Position numbers and translations under genes: made by a program
Assembly (NCBI GenBank): GCA_977016875.1
Contig: CDRNST010000054.1
Coordinates: 930,001-994,000 of the forward strand
Source: Pavona decussata
Taxonomy: Eukaryota
Length of the DNA stretch: 64,000 bases
Direction of reading: 5' to 3'
Notes under the pieces: model-generated
Told to the model about the DNA's origin: nothing
Databases searched by the model: none
Seen by the model: only the letters and a program-made list of their open reading frames with translations
Shown: positions 25,856 through 35,808 of the stretch, piece by piece
Numbering within the stretch: position 1 is the first letter of the stretch
Layout of the letters: each line of letters begins with the position of its first letter

Positions 25856-28800
25856 CAGAGATAATTAAGCCTTAAGTTAGGAAAAAATCCCATACATTGC
25901 TTTATATTTTGGTGCTTTTTAGAGATATTATTGCCTAGTTATCTCTGAAAAATGCCTGGTTAACCCCAATTTTCTTTTTGGATTCCAATAGCCCTTGCTA
26001 AGACCTTCTTTTCCCGCATAGTCATAAACCGCACAAAAATACTTCGGTATTAGTAGACACCGTCCTTAAAGCTGTTTCCTTGAGCTAACTGGATGTTGAT
26101 GTTTTTAGCGTGGCTGATGGTGTGGGAAAGCTGTTGCTGTTCTCTTTCATCTCCTTCGTCATAGTCATCCAGTGACTTCTCGTTTCTGTGGTCCGTTATC
26201 GCAACCTCGCTCCAGGCCTGCTGTCTTCAACTTCTTTACCTTCTTTACAACTGTTTTCCTGGTGCTGTGGTTTGTAAAGGTCTTCAATGAATCTTCTAAG
26301 GTCATTCCTTTGATGACAGACTTCATCATGTCGTTGATTTTGTTCACTTCCATCGGCTGCCGCTTATACCAAACTTGCGAGGACGGATTTGGCACACAAG
26401 ACAGATTAAGTGGACCGGTTGTCCGTATTTCGTGAGGATGACGCCACAGAAACTCTTTGAAGATTGCAACGGGACGTCTGTCATCTCCAGTTGCAAACAT
26501 TTTTGGAAGGAAGCTTCTGGGCTTTGCGGACAGTCCAGACTGGCGTGTTTTTGTGGGGTTCTCGATGAATTCAACGTACTCCGTGTTGTTTTCATCCAAT
26601 CCAAAGGAGAAATCTTCAACCGTCATGCTGTGGTGTTCCTGTCGACCTCGAAGACCAAAATATTGGGTCAGAAGCCACCAAACTGTTTGGACAAGGACTT
26701 GCGGACTTCCCTTTCCCTTTCTTTTTTTTTTTCCCACAGCTCATTTTCCTCGGTTGTTGTCAGACTTCTCACCTTGTTCGGCCGCTTGCCTTTGCCTTGT
26801 TGCCGCAGTAGGCGGGCTTTTCCCTCCAGAACTTGCTTCAAGCTTTTAAACTCTCTTTCGCCAATAATTGAGTGTTTGTACTCTTTCTCTGTTAGGTATT
26901 GGTCAATAGCAGTCACCATTACACGAAGGTTATCAGGCTCATAATCTTCCCCATCTTTCTTATGAACTGTTGCGTAAAACTCCTCCAGAATTTTGTTCAG
27001 GGCCTCCGGTTCGTACTTTTTAATACTTTCGTCATAGCCCTTTTGAGAAGCTCAAGACTTCCAGACTTTAAGCCAATTATTTGTGCTTTGTTCGGTGTTT
27101 TTGTTCGTAGCATTCTCCTTCAAATTATGAATTAAAAGGTTGTTACTTTCTCGTAACCTGTCCGCCATTTTGTGTTGTTTCGCTTTCGCAACTTTCCTGT
27201 TAATCAATTTAATTTCAACTTGCTACACTCAATTTCAACTTTCTGCACTGTTTGGGATTAATTGACGTGCTCTCAGCCAATGAGCATGCTGAAAATTTTG
27301 CATGTACATTATTAGCCTTGAAATCGAAATTGCTGTGAACAATTTCTTTTTGGCACACAGACTGTTCTCATGTTTACAAGAACCCTAGTTCTTCATCATA
27401 TCATATTACAGTTTTTGAGCCATTAAATACTTTAAGGCCAAGAAATAGCCAATTTTTTTAGCTATAAACTGAATCAACTCAAGCACAGCATTAATGGAGC
27501 AACAAAAGAAATATCAGTCAAGCACCAGTTTCTCTTTTATGCTGGTGGCTTGTGCTTTAAAGAAAAGTAAGAACTCAAGGTAATTCCTTGTTTATTTGTT
27601 ATCCTTTTGCTCAAACACTAACAACAGAACCAAATTTCTTACATGATAATCAGTCTCTGTGCCAAACTAGAGCTTATTTCAAATAATGGAACAAATTATT
27701 TTGATTTCAAGGTAGAAGAGTCACTTTTATTTTAGTCTTGCATGTAGTTCCAAGAAGACTACATTAACCCTTTAACCCCTAAGGTAAAACGACATTTTCT
27801 CCAGATCCAAGACTACAAACTCAATGTCCATGTATGATATACCATTTTAAAGCTACTAATGAGTGTATTTCATAACTGATATAATCATGAATGAGAAAAG
27901 TTATAGCTTTGAGATAAATGGCCTTAAAACGTAAAAATTTTAAAGTTCAAAAACGTCCCAATCCTTGTGTATGTTAGGTATACCCCTGAACTATTATATA
28001 TAGCTTATTTTGCAGTTCTCAGCAAGTTCATTAATGTGAGAGATGTCTTAAGACCCACAACTTCTAGGGGGAAAAAGTTGAAAAGTTATGGGGGTGGTCA
28101 ACCATATCATATATGGGAGGGGGTTATGGTTTTATCCTTTTAATGAGTAGATCTTCACAACACTATCTTGGTGTCAAAAATTCATAGAAATCTGTCAAGT
28201 ATTGAAAGAGTTATGGCATTATGTGCCATTTGGCACTCTTAGGGATTAAAGGGTTAACATTTGATAATTTCTGAAAGGGTTATTTTGTCAAAAAAGTGTC
28301 TGTATTTTACCTGCATATATAATAATATATAAAATTTTTGAATAAGAGTTAAAAAAATAAGAAAATAAACTTTTTAACCATTAATTTCGGCTTCAGAAAA
28401 ATGTGCACCTGCTGCATTGTGTATATATTAGGTTGTAGGGATACCACACATACTGATAGTGTTTATTTTTTGATTAATTTATTTACTTACCTCCAATTTC
28501 TCATCTGTTTAAAATTATTTTACTTATTTTTTCTTTTAATTTGATTCAAATTTCAGCAACAAGTAATGGTTCTAGCAATTCCCTAGACAATAGATCAGGG
28601 GGACACTGTAATGATTCAGGAAGTGGCATTTCAATGAAGATCATTGTCTACGTTTGTTACAATGCTACAGGTGTGTGTTATAGCTGGTGAATGGTAACTT
28701 TGAGATTTTGTGATGGATGGCAATTAAGAATTTGTGTGATTTTTGTTATTAAGTCTTGTTTATTTTTGTTTGTAGATCCTGCATGTAATGTACTGAAAAC

Positions 28801-31800
28801 AGGTCCCCCGACAGAGAATAATTCAACCACGCTCAAACCAGATCTGGCAACACAGGCCTTGAGGACATCACTCTCAGACAGTAAGTGTTGGGGCCAAACA
28901 GGAATGGGCTCGTAAGTGAAAGGGGTGGTGTAAATGACAATGGTAGTTCAAAATATAATCAGGCCCAAGACCCCTCACTGATTGTCATCATTGAAAGAGT
29001 TGACTGTATAATCCTGTGTTACTCCAAAAGTATCCTGGAATAAGCAGCTAAGTTCTAATTTCAAATTTTGGATAGATAGGGTAGGAGGTGCTTATTTAAG
29101 GTGAGGGGTGGGGGAGGGGGGGGGCTGGAATCTGCAAGATGCAGAAACAAACTGGTTTCTTGTTTTGTAGTGATGTAGTCAAGAGGAGTTGGAATTGGGT
29201 TCTGATCGAATTACTGATGAGTGTACAGAATGACTCCAGAGTGATGAAGATGACCAGATTTTTGAGATATACATGTACTTAGCCATTGTTGTCTCATTCT
29301 TCAGCCATTGTGATCCATCCAGAGAGTTAAAGGATTAAGTCAAGGGTAGAAACGATTGTATTGGTATTTTAGGTAACAAAATACGAAAAAACTTCACCCC
29401 ACACAAATACAGTCGAACCTCCATTATCTGGACCTCGATTATCCAGACTATTCGATTATCCGGACTTTTTTCTCTGGTCCCAATTTTTTCATGAATATTA
29501 ATTAGTTGAGATGTTTTGAACTAAAAGTCGCAAAAAGCCCAATAATCCTTTCAAAAGACTGTTGAAACAGCGTATTATCCTGTGCACTTTTCAAAATTCG
29601 CAAGCGTGACGAGACAAAGAAATATTCTGATCATGCGTTCAGCTGATATCTGATTTGCTCAATTATTTTGTGGCCAAGGAAATTTAATGCTCGATTAGGT
29701 GCTTCCGTGTGGTTTATATAAACACACGAGCGATCGATCGTAAACTCAAATCAGAAACATGTCTACGAAGCGAAAGCGAGCCTTTCTATCGATTAAAGAT
29801 AAGCAGATAATTATTTCATGTTTGGATAAAGGAGAAAAAGGAACAAATTTAGCTCAAGAATTTGGCATCAGAAAGCAGCAGATCTCTGATATACGGAAGA
29901 ACAAAGTCAAGATCCTAAAATTTACTGGGGTGAGCATCGAGACAAGCGAATGATTAAAACAAAAGTTCCTGAAGCTGGCCGATGATGAGCAGTTGGATAA
30001 AGCCCTGTACACCTAGTTTATTCAACAAAGATCTACTGGGAAACCGATTTCATATTTAAAGTCATGTTTTCTTTGCTGTAACCTTTTGTTTACATTTCTA
30101 TCTCATTAATATTCATATTTTCGATTATCCGGACTCTCGATTATCTGGACTATTTACCGCGGTCTGGATGAGTCCGGATAATCGAGGTTCGACTGTAACA
30201 AGAAAAATAAAAATTATGCATAAAAATGCAGCCAGATTTAGTTTTTGGAAAATCGGGGTTAAAATAGAGAAAAGATCAAAAGGTGCTTGTATCCCATACA
30301 GGACAACGGTGGGTTGGCTCTATATGTGGAAGGCTCCCTGATAACCTCTGATAATCCAGCAGAGTTGGCAGATATGCTCTTGTCAAGGGCTCACAAATTT
30401 ATCAATAATTTATCATAGATAGTTTTACAAAGCTCACTCAACAGGTAATATGTGATTGGCTACTGCATGTGTAAGAAAAGACATCCAATCTTAATTTTTT
30501 TGTTAATTAAATAATGAAATTTTATTTTATTGTTTACCTTTTAGATGTTTGGCATCTTCTCACCATCATCTTTGGAGTAGGTTTTTCTTGTTGCCTTGTG
30601 GTTCTTAGCTTGTGTCTTTTTGTTGTGTGGTAAGCTATCAACATGCTTGTTGTGTAGTTGTTGTGTAGTGACAGTGGGCATTTTTTTCCATGGGGGTGGC
30701 GTGGGGGTGTAAATTCATGGCACTTGACTTCTGGGAGGGAGGGGGGCTGGGAGCATGCTATCCCAGAAAGCATTTCAACAGAATGCATTTAGAATGGCTA
30801 AACGTCATCTAAATATGCTATGCATTATCTTATTTTTAACCAGGTTATTGAAGCAAAATTGAACTACTAGAAAACACAATGGAAATGGCATTAACACAGA
30901 TCAGTAAAATTATGTATGATCCACAGTTGTTCATGCAGTTTTCCTTTCATTAGGCAAACTTATTTGCCACATCGACAAGTGGAATCTGATCAGTTCTTGC
31001 CGGTATTACCACATGGTTAATAAAACCTTTTTTGATTCATGATGTTTGATTGCAACCATGTTTTCACCCTTCTTGCCATTGAGGATGACCTTTCTTTGAG
31101 TTACACTTGTAACAGGATTAACCTGCAGCAAGTTACAAAAACTTCACTAATCATGCATCTCTCATGAACTGCTACATGTAGGTTCTTTACCATTTTCAAA
31201 ATATCAGAAAAGCAATTAGCGGCATTTCTAAATCGTCAGGATTTAAGATTTGTGAGGATGTGTCAATGGAGTTCAGAAGCCTGTGTTATTGTATAGCTGA
31301 ACTGGTCTGCACTGAAAAGGAGCATTCTGGTTGGCTTCCTGAGCGGTTCAAATTTTCCTATATGGACCACTAAGATGGACTGCTTGTGTTACAAAGTCGT
31401 TTGAAAGGAGCAAAGTGCTTCAGTTTTGACAACAACAAAGCAAAAATGTTTTAAATTAAGCTTATTATGTAGGAACTGTTTAAGCCATCATGTCAGAATT
31501 GAAAAGTCTTTCTTGCACTATTTGTTGCACTTGCTACATAACGAAGTTTCATGCAGACTAGAAAGCAACAAGCAGAAAAGCTACGAGCTTGTTCTATCCA
31601 TATTGTTTTTTGTAAGTTTATGGACATGTCTTGCCTTCAGCTTGGTCTACAAGCTTACAAAAAAAGAACTCAACCAACATTTTCCCAATATGGACCTCCC
31701 TTTATTGCGGACACTCTCAGGACCACAAGTTAGTATCCTTAATAGCAAGAGTCCATTATAGTGGGAATTTATTTCAGTCAAATGTCTGTACTTTACTTTT

Positions 31801-32307
31801 GCCTGGAATTTAGCTGTTGTCTGTATCATTGGGGTGTCTGCAATAGCAAGATGTCCGCAGGGCAAGAGTTGACTGTATAATCAAACACTCAAGAAACTGT
31901 TTCGTCTGATTTCCAAGCACCTCAAAGTTGATTTTAAAAAAACGCAGCGGCACCTCATTTTTTTAACCCACATCTCAGCATTTTAAAAAATCAGATGAAA
32001 TACTCTTTGTCGTGTTTGATATATATTACTTCAAAATGATAACCAGTCTGAATGCCAAATCAGAGCTGATCTAGAGAAAATTATATTGTAAGGCCAAATC
32101 AGCACTACTTATGTTGCCCTTTTCCACCAATCCCTCTTTAAGGATGATATACACAACTAACATACTTGCGCTGTTAACCTTGTTTTATGTTTTTACAGCC
32201 GCAGGGAAACTCTTAAACAATCAGAGGGTGAGAAAGACAAGCTTCATCCACAGACAGATGAAAATGGCGTGGAAAATGTGAATGACATGACTGATACCTG
32301 CATCTAG
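20135..32307 (+). CDS. Transmembrane ephrin (ephrin-B-like topology), paralogue 2, 293 aa
   Basis: Exons 20135-20259, 23873-24216, 28557-28670, 28776-28880, 30545-30629 and 32199-32307 sum to 882 nt, open throughout, with GT-AG junctions. Signal peptide MKAYFAW...LLSMFWFLVVFQPGWS, then IQWTPQNPKF (ephrin WxxxNPxF motif), VCP...YENIWYV...QACE...LDCDTP...HYFIATSNG...GGHC...MKIIVYVC, a short stalk, TM WHLLTIIFGVGFSCCLVVLSLCLFVVC, and a tail ending DTCI*. Confidence 0.9.
21020..21460 (+). pseudogene. Heavily decayed non-LTR retrotransposon reverse-transcriptase fragment
   Basis: Frameshifted motifs GAVFLNLTKAFD (~21103), GVPQGSIL/GLLLF (~21279), INDLP and LYADG, which are typical CR1/L2-group RT motifs. 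Confidence 0.7.
21864..23520 (-). mobile_element. CR1/L2-group LINE remnant, 5'-truncated, RT core deleted, (TGAA)n 3' tail
   Basis: ORF 23245-23472 has APE endonuclease motifs (IVGVIYRPPN, LMGDYNLD). ORF 22133-23137 begins with the SDH motif, includes KPWIT, then jumps to the C-terminal region (TWKNHI, YCNIVWG, KLWNNLP). An ATTC microsatellite lies at 21864-21890. Confidence 0.85.
24914..27314 (-). mobile_element. Decayed Crypton (tyrosine-recombinase DNA transposon; DUF3504/ZMYM/KIAA1958-like)
   Basis: Frameshifted ORF from ATG ~27168: KARLLRQQGKGKRPNK, GLRGRQEH (catalytic R), PTKTRQ, WYKRQPM, FTNHSTR (HxxR), and in another frame HRNEKSLDDY (H...Y). Terminal palindrome at 24917-25036. Confidence 0.8.
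25673..26065. mobile_element. Kolobok-type non-autonomous element nested in the Crypton
   Basis: TTAA|GGACGGTGCCTACTA ... TAGTAGACACCGTCC|TTAA. Confidence 0.85.
27768..28253. mobile_element. piggyBac-type MITE
   Basis: TTAA|CCCTTTAACCCCTAAG ... CTTAGGGATTAAAGGG|TTAA. Confidence 0.85.
29410..30195 (+). mobile_element. Internally deleted pogo/Tigger transposon with a CENP-B-type HTH remnant
   Basis: TA|CAGTCGAACCTC ... GAGGTTCGACTG|TA. ORF 29759-29953 MSTKRKRAFLSIKDKQIII...LAQEFGIRKQQISDIRKNK continues past stops into QLDKALYT*FIQQR. No DDD catalytic domain is present. Confidence 0.9.
31690..31875. mobile_element. Partial Tc1/mariner-type MITE (right end)
   Basis: Ends GGCAAGAGTTGACTG|TA and contains TTGCGGACAC/TGTCCGCA motifs. 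Confidence 0.5.
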
Positions 32308-33104
32308 ACCATGAGCCATACTGAAATGAATGTTTTATGAGGGATGCTACAGCTTTTTTCAAACCCACATTGTTCATGTTGATCACTTTTGATGGGCTTC
32401 TGTGGGACTAATAAGGATGATCAAATCATATAAAAATGTTAAATAAATATTACCGAATTAAAGTTGCTGCAAGAAAGTTAGTGATGTACAAAAATACTTA
32501 GCCATAGATAGGCAGAAAAAGTCTGTACACCTGTATTCACATAAAATTGAGTCTGTCAAATTTGGGGTGCCACTGAAACATGGAGTTCTTCAAACAGTAT
32601 TATAGCAGTGTGTCTCCAGAAGGAAGTAGATCTGTTAATGTCAGACATTGAATTAGGGATTGAGAGTGAGGAGGGGAACAGGGGTGGCAAGATGTGAAGA
32701 AAGGAGCGGAAACTTAAAATGAAATTTGTGAGGGGTTGGAAAATAACCTCCCCCCAACCTTCCTTAGTTGATTGGACTAATCATCTGACCATAGCTTAGT
32801 TAAGTGTCAGGATAGTTGTCTCTAGGACAAGTCAGTGTCCTGGGATGTGCATTGCATTGTTTAATAGGAAACCATGTTGTTTCCATAACATTTAAATGTA
32901 TTTATGAAATAATTATAAAGAACTTTATGTATTTATAAAATAATTATATAGAACTTTTTTTTGTTGCCAAGAAAAAGTTTAGCATTGGAGAAATAGATAT
33001 ATTCTCAGTTTTCGAGGACATAAAGTTATCTCTAAAAACTAAATATTTTATAAGTTTTAATAAAATTAAGACATTGTAGTACATGTATGCAATTCTTGTT
33101 ATCA

Positions 33105-33520
33105 GTAATATATCAAACACTCAATAGAGTATTTCATCTGATTCACAAACACCATTGAAAAAAGGAGATTAATTTTTTTTTTTTTACCAACTTCAAGGTG
33201 TTTCAAAATCGGATAGAACTCTCTTCAGAGTGTTTGATATAGCTTCTTACACCATTCATAATTCTTGGAGAAAATCAAAGCAACATTTCAGCAAATTTTA
33301 CAATAATTAAGATCGCATTCAAACTCGAGGAAGAGTGTTTCGTCTAACACTAAGATGTGGGTTGTTGAATAAAGGAGGTGCAGCTAAGTTTTCGTTTTAA
33401 CCAATCTTGAGATGCTTGGAGATCGGATGAAACACTCTTTCGAGTATTTGATATAACCTCTCAAACCATTCATAATTTCTGGAAAAATACAAAGCAAAAA
33501 TTCACCAAATTTTTTGATAA
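33105..33520. repeat. Tandem partial copies of a palindromic interspersed repeat (related copy at ~31880-32030)
   Basis: ATATCAAACACTC...TCATCTGAT and TCGGATGAAACACTCTTTCGAGTATTTGATAT arms; the block ACCATTCATAATT...AAAGCAA...AAATTTT occurs twice. Confidence 0.55.
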
Positions 33521-33792
33521 TAAATGAGTGATTAGTGAGTTTGGGAACCTAATTTCATATTTTGTAAGGGATTTGATCCACAAAATTTAAAGAAGGAACA
33601 TTTTATTTGTCAAGGTGTTAACTGATAAGGTTGAATTACCAATTCTGTAAGAAGATTTGGGTTTAATGTACATGCATGTATAAATATGTACCCACTGAAT
33701 ATAAAATACAGAAGCGCTTTATTATTACTTGCTCTGAGGAGCTGTAAAAAATAATGTTACAGGCATGTTTGCATGAAACTATATACCATCAT

Positions 33793-34088
33793 CAGTGGCG
33801 GACCCCACACACCCTCACCCCTCAATTTTTAGATCAACCTGAGGGTTGAGTGGCAGCAGTGTGAGTTGCATGGCCAGCTTGATCAGGGAAGGGGTAGGGG
33901 AGCGAGAGAGGCGGGAAAAAATCCCCCCTCATTTAGTTCTGCCCTCCTCACTCCCCCTCCCCTTCCCCAAATACGCCGGCCACACAGGCTAAAGGTTGAG
34001 GTGCAGACATATTTCGTTTCACAAAGAGAAGCAAGTTTATTGTTCAAGAGCTGCCCCGCACTTACCTGAAGGTCTGGATCCACCACTG
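33793..34088. mobile_element. hAT-like MITE
   Basis: CAGTGGCGGACCC ... GGATCCACCACTG terminal inverted repeats. No clear TSD. Confidence 0.6.
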
Positions 34089-35743
34089 ATTATAAGCTAT
34101 GTATGCATTAAAATATAAATATGTAAATATACATATAAATTGATATATATTAAAGTGCTTGCATAGTACCTTTTTTATGGCATTTTGTTAAAGAAAATTT
34201 TGCTCATACATTATTATGTTTAAAATTTACAGTTGGATAAATGTTTAGGTCATTACTCACTAGGTCAACAGGATATATAAGTATTGCAATATTTATTAAA
34301 ATTTAAGAATTGGGTGTAGTTTAAGTTATAGGCTTGCGTTGTTTTATTTTATCATGCCACCATAAAGTTTTTTAAACTCCTAATTTGCATTCTTGTTGAT
34401 GCTGTTGTACGTCTTTTTAGATTGTCTACAATCTGATTTATCTTTGGTCTATATTTGGGTTGTAATTTTTTTTCTCACTGTATTAAAAAGAAAATAGATG
34501 AGAATGTAAAACTTAGAATGAATTGTAATGTTTGAGATTGTTGGCAATAAAAAAACAAAGCCCTGTTTTTGTTCTTAACAATGAGAATATGACCAAGCCT
34601 GCGTGGAGCGATGGAGGCTGACTGTTGCATGGAAATGCGTTTTAAGGTTAAGCAGGTTATTAGCCAAGGACTTCTGCAATTTTTGTATTTTCTTCTGTTT
34701 ACATTGTTTATAGTGTGGTTTTCTCTGACTGAGTGTGTAGGATCAGGAGACTTCTTCGCTTGGTAATCTTTAAATAGAAGAAAGATCCTCCCAGTTAGTT
34801 TAGCAATTTGTTGAGCTCAAAAATCCATCAGTATTTCATAGTTTAGGATTTGTTTACATAAGCTTACTGTTATTATTTTTTTCTTGTATATATATTGCAT
34901 ATTTTAAAATGAAAGGTTAGTAGGTGATGTGTCTTTGTATGGTGCTCTTGCTCTTTTGAAGATCATCCTTATGGTTCTTTCAAGATTATCAGATGATTAT
35001 TTGAAGTTGTGATAAGAATGATGATTAAATCATGTGCTTTCTTGTTTTCATTTGGAAGGCAAAAAAAAATGATAAATATTTTTGTATACTCTACCCAACT
35101 TCAAACCAAAAGCAAAATAATATCCAATGTTGCACCAAAATGGTTGCTCAGACCAAACTGGTTCAAAACCCATCACATAGCCACTGGGGCATGCAGACAT
35201 TAAAGGAAGTACCTCCTGGAATAATTTCATGGAAATACAGTAGACCAAAAAGCTGGTGACTGGCCAAGCTGTTGTTTGGACCATCAGCCTGGTTGGGAGT
35301 TTTGCACACTGAACCATTTTCTACATAAATCCAAGGAATTTTTTCACGTAAATAACAACATAGGTAGTCATTGTTTTCTTATATTTGTGTTATCCCGTAC
35401 CGGGTGTTATTCATTTCATTTTATTTTTACCTGTACAGCTGTATTTATGTTTTTTTGTAAACATGCACGACATTCCAGAGGATTTTAAAGCTTCTTTTCA
35501 TGGAAGGATAACTTAGCCGAATCCAGAAAACCGAAGAAAAAAATTAAAATAAAAAATAACTCATTTGTAGCAGTAGTATTTTATTTAGTCACGTTTCACA
35601 GAATGAGTTAAATTTGTAAGTGTAAATTACATGTATTCCAACCAGTATGCAACACTTAATAATGCACATTGCGGGCCTATGTGACGAATTTTAAAGATGT
35701 CTTATATAAGCTAGTCGCTTGCCGCTGGTCTGTTTTCTTCACG

Positions 35744-35767
35744 CACGTGGGAATCTAATATGGCGGC
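35744..35767 (+). promoter_or_regulatory. Myc-type E-box (CACGTG, 35744-35749) and YY1-like motif (AATATGGCGGC, 35757-35767) at the bystin start
   Basis: Both motifs read directly, about 40-65 nt upstream of the ATG in a locally CpG-rich patch. E-boxes near the TSS are an established hallmark of animal ribosome-biogenesis genes. Confidence 0.55.
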
Positions 35768-35808
35768 TGGAGTGTTGTAATAATCAGTTTTGTATTAATC
35801 ATACTGTC

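Noticed and set aside
25509-25868. 119-aa ORF resembling ORF 7230-7433
   Set aside because: Both derive from copies of the same non-coding Kolobok-type MITE.
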